Positions 1-9,661 of a stretch of 64,000 bases of DNA are shown here, piece after piece. The position numbers and the translations under genes were made by a program. This DNA is from Planctomycetota bacterium (GTDB taxonomy: Bacteria > Planctomycetota > Planctomycetia > JALXBF01): NCBI GenBank assembly GCA_026991575.1, contig JALXBF010000181.1:32699-96698 (forward strand), written 5' to 3'. The notes beneath the pieces were generated by a model. It made no database searches. It was not told the origin of the DNA and saw only the letters and a list, made by a program, of their open reading frames with translations. The stretch's first letter is position 1. Every line of letters begins with the position of its first letter.

Positions 1-1588
1 AGGCAAGCCAGTCAGTGATCTTCTGTTTTGCTTCGGGGGTGGGCAGGCCGGTGATCGAGCAGTCCCAGCCGGACGATGCGATGCTGATTCCGTCGTCGAC
101 GAACGCTTCGTCTACGTGCTCGAAGAAGGCGTCGTCGGCGAGCTGCTCGTAAAACGCGGCCGGCTGACTTGCGCTGCCCTCTGGCACGCGCACGTGTTGA
201 CTAAGCCAGTCCGACGTCGGCCGGACGACGGGGCGTATGGGCAGGCGGAACCGCTTGGCGAACTGGAAGTCCCGTTCATCGTGAGCCGGTACGGCCATGA
301 TGGCGCCGGTGCCGTAGGTGACCAGCACGTAATCGGCGATCCAGACGGGGATCCGTTCCCCGTTGACCGGGTTGATGGCGTAGGCTCCGGTGAACACCCC
401 TGTCTTCTCGCCGACCCCCGCGATCCGCTCCTCTTCGCTCATGCGACGCACCCGCTCCTGGTACGCGGCCACGGCTTCGCGCGGCGTTACAGCCGGCGGT
501 GATCCTTTCCACGCTTCCGGTGTTCCCTCCGGCCATTGGTCCGGCACGATGCATCGGTCGCTGTCCAGTGTGACGAGCGGGTGCTCGGGGGCAAGCACCA
601 TGTAGGTGGCTCCGAAGAGGGTGTCGGGACGGGTGGTGTAGATCCGGATCACTGTTTCGTCCGGCTGTTCCGGATACCCTTCCACGCGGCGTCGGGCGAT
701 CCATTGCTTGAGGCTGTCGAGGTCAGAGGCAGCGCGGCCGGCGATCGGGAAGTCGACTTCGGCGCCTTCGCTACGGCCGATCCAGTTCCGCTGCATTTCC
801 TTGATGGAGTCGGGCCAGTCGAGCAGGTCGAGGTCTTCGAGCAGCCGGTCGGCGTAGGCGGTAATACGCAGCATCCACTGCCTGAGCGGGATGCGTTCCA
901 CCGGGTGCCCCCCTCGCTCGGATCGGCCACCGATGACCTCTTCGTCAGCCAGCACGGTCCCAAGGGCGGGGCACCAGTTCACGGGCGCTTCGGCTTGGTA
1001 GGCCAGGCGGAAGCGGTCCTGGTACCGGCGCACTGCCTCCTCACCTTGCTGACGCACCGAGTCGGGGATCGGAAGCTCGGCGATCGGGCGGCCCTTGCCC
1101 CGGCGCCTACGCCCATTGGGATCCACCCACTCGTAGTCCGGGTCATACCAAGTGTCGAAGATGACCAGAAAGATCCACTGTGTCCAGCGGTAGTAGTCCG
1201 GGTCCGTGGTCGCGAATTCGCGGTCCCAGTCGTAGCTGAAACCGAATCGCTTGATCTGACGACGAATGTTCTCGATGTTACGCTCGGTCGTGACGCGTGG
1301 GTGAGTTCCGGTCTGGATGGCGTACTGTTCGGCGGGCAGACCGAAGGCGTCGTAGCCCATCGGATGGAGTACGTTCCACCCGCGCATGCGCATGTAGCGC
1401 GAGTAGATATCGGTGGCGGTGTAGCCCTCCGGGTGGCCCACGTGCAGCCCCTCACCGGACGGGTACGGGAACATGTCCAGCACGTACAGCTTCTTCCTGT
1501 GCGGATCCTCAGTAGCGCGAAATGTCTTGTGCTCTTCCCAGTACTGCTGCCACTTCCGTTCGATGCGTTGTGGGTCGTATCTCGGCAT
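1..1588 (-). CDS. leuS: Leucyl-tRNA synthetase (5' part; runs off the left edge)
   Basis: Manual translation from ATG at 1588: [17 protein letters not shown]...[22 protein letters not shown] (HIGH-type motif), [22 protein letters not shown] and [16 protein letters not shown] (CP1 editing domain). Absent from the ORF track because its stop codon lies outside the window. Confidence 0.97.
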   Translation of the reverse strand, partial: MPRYDPQRIERKWQQYWEEHKTFRATEDPHRKKLYVLDMFPYPSGEGLHVGHPEGYTATDIYSRYMRMRGWNVLHPMGYDAFGLPAEQYAIQTGTHPRVTTERNIENIRRQIKRFGFSYDWDREFATTDPDYYRWTQWIFLVIFDTWYDPDYEWVDPNGRRRRGKGRPIAELPIPDSVRQQGEEAVRRYQDRFRLAYQAEAPVNWCPALGTVLADEEVIGGRSERGGHPVERIPLRQWMLRITAYADRLLEDLDLLDWPDSIKEMQRNWIGRSEGAEVDFPIAGRAASDLDSLKQWIARRRVEGYPEQPDETVIRIYTTRPDTLFGATYMVLAPEHPLVTLDSDRCIVPDQWPEGTPEAWKGSPPAVTPREAVAAYQERVRRMSEEERIAGVGEKTGVFTGAYAINPVNGERIPVWIADYVLVTYGTGAIMAVPAHDERDFQFAKRFRLPIRPVVRPTSDWLSQHVRVPEGSASQPAAFYEQLADDAFFEHVDEAFVDDGISIASSGWDCSITGLPTPEAKQKITDWLA

Positions 1589-1712
1589 GCACGCTCCTCC
1601 GACACGCCCGGCTGCGGACCGCGCGAAACATACATTCTAGATCTGCCGCCGCGCCTGAACCTGTTTTCGATTACAATTCTTTGGGTCCGCGGTTGGTCTT
1701 GGCGGCGAGGGC

Positions 1713-2237
1713 ATGGTGCAGCCAGAGAGGTGGCCGATGGTTTGGTGGGTGGCACTGGTTCTTGGTGCGTTCTTGCTGGGCTGCCTGCTGCTTTGGCGGC
1801 CCCTAAGTGGCTTCTTCCAGGACGTCCGTGCGGAAAAGGCAAAGGAGCTGTTTGCTCTGGAGCGGGAGCGGCTGGAGGCGAAGTTCGGCGACGTAGCAGC
1901 CGCGTCGGGCCGACCGCGGGGGCTGCGTTGGAAGCACATCGAATGGGATGACGGGGTAGTTTTCCTGCGTGGCAAGGCCAATGGCGAGCTGGTTGCCTTG
2001 GTAGGGATCACGATCTTTTTTGAGCCGATCGAGGGGGAGGCGCTGGAGCGCAATCCCAATGCCCGCGTGCCACGCGACGCGACAGCCGTGTTCCAGTTCA
2101 CCAACCAGCACTGGGTGGCCACAGGACGCGTGCTGTTCAACATGGATCCGGCGCTCGCCGTTCGGCACTATGAGTCGAAGTATGAAGTGTTGACGATTGT
2201 CCAAGGCGGCAAGCAGCAGCACGCCGATAATGCGTAG
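1713..2237 (+). CDS. Membrane-anchored hypothetical protein, planctomycete type
   Basis: N-terminal hydrophobic helix followed by a globular region (SGRPRGLRW, ATAVFQF, GRVLFNMDP); divergent from leuS. Alternative start at 1737. Confidence 0.75.
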   Translation: MVQPERWPMVWWVALVLGAFLLGCLLLWRPLSGFFQDVRAEKAKELFALERERLEAKFGDVAAASGRPRGLRWKHIEWDDGVVFLRGKANGELVALVGITIFFEPIEGEALERNPNARVPRDATAVFQFTNQHWVATGRVLFNMDPALAVRHYESKYEVLTIVQGGKQQHADNA

Positions 2238-2327
2238 ACGGCGGCGAATAGTCGTCTGAATGGGCAGCCGATGATGGCCGGCTGCACAGCGACGAGCTTG
2301 GGCGGCCTGGTCCCCTGAGAGGGTTCC

Positions 2328-3053
2328 ATGACGCCGTTAGAACCGCAAGATGCTGTTGCCGGCGAGTCACAGGCGGCTCGCGAGCAAGGAGGAGCCGTTG
2401 AAGAGCTGTGTGGCTACTGTGGCGAACCGCTGGTGCCCGCTGCGAATTTCTGCCACCGCTGTGGCGCCCAGGTGCTCCGAGACGGGACACGTCCGCTCCA
2501 GCCGCCACCTCCCGCCGCGCCGCTGCGGTCAACTGCAGCCGAGCCGGTTTTAGGCGATGGCGAGCTGCTCTGGCAGGCGCGGCCCAGCACGCGGGCAATT
2601 GCCGAACCGGTCGTGCTGTTGGCCGTAATCGCAGGTCTTGCTGCCGTGCCGATCAGTTTCCTGGAGCCTGCCCAGCGCGCGTGGGCTACACTCTACTTGG
2701 CAGGGTTTCTGGTCCTGGTGGGGCTCCTGCGCATTCCGCCACGCTGGTACATCTGCGCCACTCATTCCTACCGCCTCACGACGAGAGCACTCTGGGTGCG
2801 CACCGGCTTAGTGCGGGAGGTGAAAGATCGATACGCGTTGCGCGAGTTTGTGAGCCTGTCGGTCAGCCGGTCGTTCTTGGACCGGGTCTTTGGGATCGGG
2901 TCCATCGAGCTACATTTCGTCCGTCCCGGAATGGCGCCTGTCGTCCTCTACTACGTGGCGGATCCCGATCGCGTGGCTGAGCTGCTGGACCAGGCGATTT
3001 CGGCGGCAGCAGCCGAACGGCGCACGGTCGTACACGAGTCGGCCAACGCCTAG
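2328..3053 (+). CDS. Zinc-ribbon plus bacterial PH (bPH_2-like) membrane protein
   Basis: CGYC-x10-CHRCG ribbon, two TM helices, then YRLTTRALWVRTGL...FLDRVFGIGSI, typical of bPH_2. Confidence 0.8.
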   Translation: MTPLEPQDAVAGESQAAREQGGAVEELCGYCGEPLVPAANFCHRCGAQVLRDGTRPLQPPPPAAPLRSTAAEPVLGDGELLWQARPSTRAIAEPVVLLAVIAGLAAVPISFLEPAQRAWATLYLAGFLVLVGLLRIPPRWYICATHSYRLTTRALWVRTGLVREVKDRYALREFVSLSVSRSFLDRVFGIGSIELHFVRPGMAPVVLYYVADPDRVAELLDQAISAAAAERRTVVHESANA

Positions 3054-3063
3054 TGCGCGATGC

Positions 3064-5856
3064 TCACTGACCGTACACAGCTTCGACCACTTTCCGACCG
3101 CCAGCGACCCGCAACAGCACGACAATCGACTTCTTAGGCCCCTCGTAGTGCCAGACCTCCAGCACGCCCGTTGCCGTGCCGATCCGTGCCAGCTTACTTG
3201 GTGTGCCCCCCATGACGACCCTGACTTCCTCGGCCGTATCGCCTACTCGGGGCGTGCTGCGCTGTGGCACCGGATGGGGCGTCTGGCTCTCGGTCACCGG
3301 TCGCCCTTGGGGGTCATACCACACGCCCCGCCGCAACCGGTAGCCCAGTTCGCGGAGCCGCCGACTTGCTTCCGGATGCGTCGGCTCGTGCCGGACGATG
3401 TCCACCAGCAGGGGAATGGCCGCATCGCGGTCTCTAAGGAGATCCTGGTAGTCGCGTGCCAGAGCGAGCCGGCCAGCGAGGTCGTCTGCCGGCAGCAACG
3501 CTTCACGCCGCTTCAGCCACGCGCGCAGGAAGTCACGGGCTCGTTCGGCGTCGCGTTTCTTGATCAGCTCATAAAGCTGCAGCACGTCCGTGCGAGACAG
3601 CTTGTCAAGTCGGTCGCGATGGTAGCCAATCCAATCATCGAATAGCCTGACCGCGATTTGCGGCTCGTCCGGCACCAACCGATCCGCCTCCTCAACCAGT
3701 GACAACCACTGCTCCGGCACAAGTTCCCGCCGGCGGGCTTGGAGATAACGGGCCAGTGCACGTCGCATGAGCAGTCGTTCCAGTTCGGCTCGGACCGCCG
3801 GTTGCTTCTCGTACAGCTCGTCCGGTTTACCCTGGCGAAAGCTCTCCACCACCTGGCGATTCACCGAGCGAACCGGTTTGCCAGCGTTGGGCAGCCTGCG
3901 GCTGATCTGCCCGGTGAGTTGGTGCCAGGTGTCGGCCCGGATTTCCCCCTTCTGATCTAGCCGATTTAGCTCCCACCACAGCACGCGGAACCAGCCGATG
4001 CGGCGCTGCTCGTCGGTCAAGTCACTCTCGTACTTCTGCAGTAGCTTTCTCAGCGACGCGGCATCGCCGCGACGCACGGCCGCAAACTCGGCACGTCGAG
4101 CTGCCTCGACGGCCTCTCCGGCAAGCTTTCCGAGTTCGGGCACCCGGTAGCGCCGAGCCAGGTCCTCCGCCCAACGGGCCAGCCTGAGCCAGACCGCCGG
4201 ATCGGCCCCTTGACGCGCAAGCTCTGCCGCCGTCTGGCGGAAGAGGGTTACCGGGTCAGGCGCTCTGGTGACCTCTCTGGTCTCCAGCACCAGGAACCCG
4301 TTGCGTTTGTACAGAACCCCTTCGACGAAAAGCCACCGCGGAGCGGGGGGCAGTCGCGTGTCGCCGATCAGCTGAATGCGCACGTCGCACTGGTGCAGCA
4401 GCAGCTGCCACTTGGTGATTCGCGCCTTGTATTTGCCGTAGACGCGAACCTTCATGCCGATCAGGTCTGTCCGCCCGTTGAGTTCGTGGGCGGCGAGCGT
4501 TCCGTCCAGTAGCCGCAACGGCTTCGTTCCCTGCTGCTGCCACTCTGCTGCCGATGCCCGGCGGGTCAACAGCCCCAGGGTCCATGGCCACGCTGCCGGG
4601 AACGGCGGCGCGAACGCGGACTGGTCCACAGTTGGTTCGCTGCGCTCGGTGCCCGTTACGGCAGCATGCTGAGCCCGGACGGCCGCCTCCGTCTGCTCGT
4701 CAACAGGCCAAGCCAATGCTTGTAACAGATCCGTCGACGTGATCAGTCGCGCTGCTTCTCCATCTAGCAGGACGGTCAGGCGACCGGCTGCATCAGCACG
4801 CACATCCTCGATGGGCGCAATGAGCACGATGCGGTCCGGCACCGCAGCTAGCTTGGCAAGCTCCCCTTGCTCGGTCAGCCGCCAAGTGACGTCACGGCCA
4901 CGTAGTTTCAGGTTTAGCTCAAAGCTGGATGTTCCGCCGGTCGGCGCCTCAATCAACACCGTCCCGCCGCGATAGACCGAGGCGAACGTCTCCTGCCAGC
5001 CGTCACGTCCGTACTCGTCGAAGAGCTGATGGGGTGAGACTGGTAGGAGGCGGTCCGTGGCGAGCACCTCTTCGGTGAGGTGCCGAACGTAGCTGTCAGT
5101 GCCGGCGTGCTGGTCGACCCAGCCAAGCGCTTGCTTGACCCGGCGAAACGCGGCAATGGCTGCTCGTAGATCGTGTTCCTGCAGCGCACGCTGGCCGGCG
5201 CGATACTGCTCGACAAGCACCCGGCGGAACCTGGCCCGCCGGCTGTTCCAGACCAGGGCAACCAGTGTTGCCAGGATGACCAGGCTCACGGTGAGCACCA
5301 GGACACTGCGCCGCTGCCACCACGGGCGGACCGGGGCCGTTGGCAAGATGACGCGACGCTCCTGGGTCAGGGGCACTCCGGCGGTCGAAGCCGCGGCGGC
5401 CGGCTCAGCCATGGGCCTGCCGGAGACAGGGGCTGGCGCCGAGGGCGGTGGCGGGGGCGATGACGCCGGTTCGCCCTCGGCGGCACCTGCGGTTGGGGGA
5501 GCCCCAGCCGGTGCTTCTACTACGGGATCGGCGAGCTGCTCCGGTGCCGGCGATGGCAAAGTGCTCTCGCCCTGGGCCGCGGCTGCTGTTTCTTCCTCCT
5601 CGAGTGGTGCCGGTTCCAGCGGCTGCGGTGGAGGAGGCGGCGTGGGGTAGGGGCTAACAGGGTAGACGAAAAGCGTCAGCTTGCAGGAGGGGCACGTTAC
5701 GGTCTTGCGGTACCGCTGACGCTCCGTCTCGAACTCTTCGCCGCAGTCGCAGCGCAGCAGTGCCTTCTCCTGCGCGCCGGCCGGCCCCTCCGGCCGCCGC
5801 CGCAGGTGCCTCAACAGCGTGTTGCTTTGCTTCAACCACGACCGTAACAGGCTCAT
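3064..5856 (-). CDS. Large membrane-anchored hypothetical protein (Zn ribbon, Pro-rich linker, TM, helical/TPR-like body)
   Basis: Uninterrupted ORF (3064..5916 in the track); start placed at MSLLRSW (5856). CDCG...CPSC ribbon, poly-Pro/Ala linker, one TM, large C-terminal part. Confidence 0.8.
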   Translation of the reverse strand: MSLLRSWLKQSNTLLRHLRRRPEGPAGAQEKALLRCDCGEEFETERQRYRKTVTCPSCKLTLFVYPVSPYPTPPPPPQPLEPAPLEEEETAAAAQGESTLPSPAPEQLADPVVEAPAGAPPTAGAAEGEPASSPPPPPSAPAPVSGRPMAEPAAAASTAGVPLTQERRVILPTAPVRPWWQRRSVLVLTVSLVILATLVALVWNSRRARFRRVLVEQYRAGQRALQEHDLRAAIAAFRRVKQALGWVDQHAGTDSYVRHLTEEVLATDRLLPVSPHQLFDEYGRDGWQETFASVYRGGTVLIEAPTGGTSSFELNLKLRGRDVTWRLTEQGELAKLAAVPDRIVLIAPIEDVRADAAGRLTVLLDGEAARLITSTDLLQALAWPVDEQTEAAVRAQHAAVTGTERSEPTVDQSAFAPPFPAAWPWTLGLLTRRASAAEWQQQGTKPLRLLDGTLAAHELNGRTDLIGMKVRVYGKYKARITKWQLLLHQCDVRIQLIGDTRLPPAPRWLFVEGVLYKRNGFLVLETREVTRAPDPVTLFRQTAAELARQGADPAVWLRLARWAEDLARRYRVPELGKLAGEAVEAARRAEFAAVRRGDAASLRKLLQKYESDLTDEQRRIGWFRVLWWELNRLDQKGEIRADTWHQLTGQISRRLPNAGKPVRSVNRQVVESFRQGKPDELYEKQPAVRAELERLLMRRALARYLQARRRELVPEQWLSLVEEADRLVPDEPQIAVRLFDDWIGYHRDRLDKLSRTDVLQLYELIKKRDAERARDFLRAWLKRREALLPADDLAGRLALARDYQDLLRDRDAAIPLLVDIVRHEPTHPEASRRLRELGYRLRRGVWYDPQGRPVTESQTPHPVPQRSTPRVGDTAEEVRVVMGGTPSKLARIGTATGVLEVWHYEGPKKSIVVLLRVAGGRKVVEAVYGQ

Positions 5857-6050
5857 GCCGTACAGATTGTAACGGGGCATTAGCATATCATGGAAAGTGT
5901 CCTCGGAGTGCGTCATGGCAACGGCTTCCGAGCCGCAGCAGCTGCGGCAGCCGCCGATGCTGCCGTGAGCCGCTTGACAGTTCGGTGGTTTCCGCCCTTC
6001 GGACCGGCTAGCCCGCCTGATCGTCGCTGAAAAGAAGCCGCAGCAGACTG

Positions 6051-9000
6051 GTGCAACAAAGCATGTGGTCCAGGGAGGCTACAAACTTGTTTAGCCGTGT
6101 TTCCACCGTTTCACTTGCCGCTTCGTGCGCAGCGCTTCTGCTCGTTGGCCAGCCGGCCTACGCTCAGCTGCCGCCGCAACAGGCGCTACAGGCACTCGAG
6201 AGCCGACCGGACTTGAAGGTGACTCTGTTTGCCTCTGAACCGCTAATTACGAACCCGACCTGTATCGACGTCGACGCCTACGGTCGCGTCTGGGTATGCG
6301 AGGGCCAGTGGTACCGGAAGGCGGCCAAGGATCCACCGGCAGACCGGATTAAGGTTCTGGAGGACACCGATGGCGATGGCCGTGCAGACAGGGTGACCGT
6401 TTTTGCGGAAGGCCTGCTCGTGCCGATTGGGATCTGCGTGGCGGGAGAGAAGGTGTATGTGGCGGAGGCGCCGAACGTGTGGGTCTTCGAGGACAAGGAC
6501 GGTGATTTGAAGGCAGACGGGCCGCCGAAGGCGTTGCTGACCGGGTTCAACGGTCGAAACCACGACCACGGCGTCCACGGGCTGGTGCTCGGCCCGGATC
6601 ACAAGCTCTACATGACGGTCGGTGACAAGGGCTTTGACGTTACCGGCCCGGATGGTCGCCGTGTCCGCTACCAGTGGGGCGCGATGCTTCGCTGTGAGCT
6701 GGACGGTTCACAGCTGGAGGCGTTCGCCGTTAACTTCCGCAACCCGTATGAGCTGGCGGTCGATTCGTTCGGCAACGTCTGGTGTAGCGACAACGACCGC
6801 GATGGCCTGCGGAGCGTGCGTGTGTGCTGGATTCTCGAAGGCGGCAACTACGGCTGGTACGGCCAACCGGTGTTGATCCGCAATCCCGACGGCAGCTACG
6901 ACCCTCGCTACCACTGGCGGGTTTTCCGGTTCGGGATCGTTCCCTACGTGCTCATCACCGGCTTCGGTTCGCCGTGCGGCATGACGTTTTACGAAGGGAC
7001 GCTGCTGCCGGCGGATCTGCGCGGCCAACTGCTGCATGCCGACGCGGGCCCCCGGCTGTTGCGGTGCTACCACGTGGCCCGCTACGGCGCGGGGTACAGG
7101 GCCACGGCCGAGACCCTCCTCTCTGGAGAGAAGGACGCCTACTTCAGACCCGTGGATGTTTGCGTGGCACCGGACGGCGCAGTTTACGTGGCCGATTGGT
7201 ACGATCAGGTCGTGGGGGGGCACGCTTACAACAATCCGAACCAGGGACGGATTTATCGGATCGAGCCGGCGGGGACGCGCCGTCGCGACCGGTGGCGGAA
7301 GCCACCGTTTCATTCCGTGGATCACGCACTGGAGGCGCTGGGCAGCGCCAATCTCGCAACCCAGTACCTCGCTCGGCAGACGCTAATCGAGGCGGGCCTG
7401 GCTGCGCTGGAGCCGCTGACCGTGCTTGCTCGCACCGCGCCAGCTCACGTAGCGGCCCGGGCCCTCTGGGTGCTGGACCGGCTCGGAGCACCGGGACAAG
7501 CAAGAGTGCTTCAGTATCTGAAGCATCCCGACCCACGGTTCCGGGCATTGGCCGTCCGCATCCTGCGCCGGCACGGCACGCGCTATGCCGCTGAGCTGTT
7601 CCGCCTCGTGGACGATCCCGCGCCAGAGGTGCGTCGTGAGCTACTGCTGGCCGCAGCGCGACTGGACGGCCCGGCCGTGGACAACCACGTGCTGAAACTG
7701 GCGCAAAGCTGGGACGGTGCGGACCGTTTCTACCTGGAGGCTATCGGCATTGCCGCCCGGCAGAGCGACCGGCGGCGTGAATTGCTGGTCCGAGAACTTG
7801 TCTCCGATAGGCCGCGCTGGGGTGAGCGTGAGGTCATACTGCTGCGGCTTCTGCGCGGCGAAGAGCGAGCGGGCCGCGAGCTGCTGGCCGCGCTAGGCGA
7901 CGGGCGGATCGCTGCTGAAGCGGAGCCGACCGTAGTGGATGCGTTCGGTCACACGCCGGATCCGAGAGCCGGTCGTGTGCTGGTACGGATCGCAGCCGAC
8001 CGGCGGCGATCGCCGGAGAGCCGGGCTCGGGCCTTGGCGGCACTGCGCATCGGCCTCGGACAGCACTGGCAGGCGCTGCGCGGCGACCGTTCGCTGGTCG
8101 ACGCCCTCACCGCCGCTCTGGCCGACGACAACCTCCTGCAGCTTGCGTGCACGATCATCGCGGAGCAACAGCTAACGGAACTGGCAGAGCCGCTAGGCAC
8201 GCTGGCCACCGACTCAGATCGTCGGACGGAGTTCCGCCTGCTCGCGGTGCAGACGCTCGTCCGATTGGGCCAGCAAGAAGCGGGCGAACGGCTTGCCAGG
8301 CTGCTCTACGAGAAGGCGGCAGCAGACGACGATGCTGACCGCTTGCGCCATGAGGCCGCACGGGCGCTGGTGCGGTTGGGCCGCTATCAACTGCTGGCCA
8401 AGTTCTTCAACGACGAATCGGTACCGGTTACGGTCCGCAGCAGTATCGTCAAGACAGTCGCGGCCGAACGTGAGGGAGCGCTGTGGTTGCTGCCGCTGGT
8501 TCAGGGGCGGAAGCTTGGCGAGCCACTGCGCAAGGCGGCAATCCTTGCTGCCATCGAGCATGCCGACGTTAACGTTCGCGCGCTCTACGGGCCGCTGGCC
8601 GAAGGTATCGAGCGGCCCCGATCGCTGGGAGAGGTCGTTCGTCCAGAGCAGATTCTGACGCTTCCAGGCGATCCACAGCGCGGTAAGAAACTGTTCGAGT
8701 CCGGTGGCAATGCACCGTGTATCCGTTGCCACATGGTGCGGGGACGCGGGGGGGACATCGGACCGGACCTGTCTCAGATCGGCCGCAAGTATGACAAGGC
8801 GGCCATTCTGGACGCGATCCTTTTCCCGAGCAAGGCCATCGCTCCGGAGTTTCGCACCTACCTGGTGCTCACCCGAAGAGGGCGGATCTACGCGGGCTTT
8901 ATCCGCCAGCGAAGCAAGCAGCGGGTCGTGTTGCACACAGCCGACGGCGAAATCGTGGCCCTGCGAGCAAGCGAGATCGAGGCGATGCGGCCACAGGATG

Positions 9001-9659
9001 CGTCAATCATGCCTGAGGCAACCATCGGTAGCATGACCGCTCAGGATGCGGCCGACCTTGTGGCCTACCTGGCCAGCCTTAAGGAGGAAACCGTGGTGGT
9101 CACGGGCTGGTGGGCGCTTGGACCGTTCGGTTTCCGGGACGACGAAGGCTTCGACCGGGTATACGCTCCGGAACGCCGCCCCGGGGCGGTCGACCTGGAT
9201 CGCACCTATCGGGGACTGGGCAAGCGGCCGATTCGCTGGCAGCCCATAGGAACGATGCTCTTCAAGGGCTACCGAGGCATCGATCTGGTGCGGCTCTGCC
9301 GAACACAGGGGGTTCGGACCAACCGGATCGTGTACTACCTGGCCGTTGGCATCCATTCCGAACGCGATCAGGAGGCCACGCTCCTGCTTGGCAGCGACGA
9401 CGGCGTGAAGGTTTGGCTCAATGGCACGCTGGTACATGCCAAGCACGCGCACCGGGACGCGGTGTACGGCGAGGACGAGGTGCCGATCCGGTTGCGGCGT
9501 GGCATGAACCTGTTGTTCATCAAACTGGAACAACAGCAAGCCGGGGCGGGTCTGATTGCAGCGCTGGCTGTGCGCGCCGGTGTGCAGTTCGTGCCACCCG
9601 GGGCTGCTGTCATCCCGACCGGTGAGCAAAGGAGTAACGGCCCGGCCACGTGGAGGTAG
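6051..9659 (+). CDS. PVC-type heme-binding CxxCH protein (sorbosone-dehydrogenase-like propeller, HEAT repeats, cytochrome c, C-terminal beta-sandwich)
   Basis: Signal peptide (AYA-Q), LFASEP..LEDTDGDGRAD, FRNPYE, FRPVDV..PDGAVYVADW, CIRCH heme motif with IGPDLS and distal SIMPE, C-terminal GSDDGVKVWLNG. Confidence 0.92.
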   Translation: MQQSMWSREATNLFSRVSTVSLAASCAALLLVGQPAYAQLPPQQALQALESRPDLKVTLFASEPLITNPTCIDVDAYGRVWVCEGQWYRKAAKDPPADRIKVLEDTDGDGRADRVTVFAEGLLVPIGICVAGEKVYVAEAPNVWVFEDKDGDLKADGPPKALLTGFNGRNHDHGVHGLVLGPDHKLYMTVGDKGFDVTGPDGRRVRYQWGAMLRCELDGSQLEAFAVNFRNPYELAVDSFGNVWCSDNDRDGLRSVRVCWILEGGNYGWYGQPVLIRNPDGSYDPRYHWRVFRFGIVPYVLITGFGSPCGMTFYEGTLLPADLRGQLLHADAGPRLLRCYHVARYGAGYRATAETLLSGEKDAYFRPVDVCVAPDGAVYVADWYDQVVGGHAYNNPNQGRIYRIEPAGTRRRDRWRKPPFHSVDHALEALGSANLATQYLARQTLIEAGLAALEPLTVLARTAPAHVAARALWVLDRLGAPGQARVLQYLKHPDPRFRALAVRILRRHGTRYAAELFRLVDDPAPEVRRELLLAAARLDGPAVDNHVLKLAQSWDGADRFYLEAIGIAARQSDRRRELLVRELVSDRPRWGEREVILLRLLRGEERAGRELLAALGDGRIAAEAEPTVVDAFGHTPDPRAGRVLVRIAADRRRSPESRARALAALRIGLGQHWQALRGDRSLVDALTAALADDNLLQLACTIIAEQQLTELAEPLGTLATDSDRRTEFRLLAVQTLVRLGQQEAGERLARLLYEKAAADDDADRLRHEAARALVRLGRYQLLAKFFNDESVPVTVRSSIVKTVAAEREGALWLLPLVQGRKLGEPLRKAAILAAIEHADVNVRALYGPLAEGIERPRSLGEVVRPEQILTLPGDPQRGKKLFESGGNAPCIRCHMVRGRGGDIGPDLSQIGRKYDKAAILDAILFPSKAIAPEFRTYLVLTRRGRIYAGFIRQRSKQRVVLHTADGEIVALRASEIEAMRPQDASIMPEATIGSMTAQDAADLVAYLASLKEETVVVTGWWALGPFGFRDDEGFDRVYAPERRPGAVDLDRTYRGLGKRPIRWQPIGTMLFKGYRGIDLVRLCRTQGVRTNRIVYYLAVGIHSERDQEATLLLGSDDGVKVWLNGTLVHAKHAHRDAVYGEDEVPIRLRRGMNLLFIKLEQQQAGAGLIAALAVRAGVQFVPPGAAVIPTGEQRSNGPATWR

Positions 9660-9661
9660 CC

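Noticed and set aside
536-1951. 471-aa plus-strand ORF and many other long overlapping ORFs (e.g. 31007-32203, 9003-9992, 25054-26022)
   Set aside because: Antisense or off-frame shadows of clear genes (leuS, exosortase/wzc and others), expected in GC-rich DNA; they carry no recognisable motifs.
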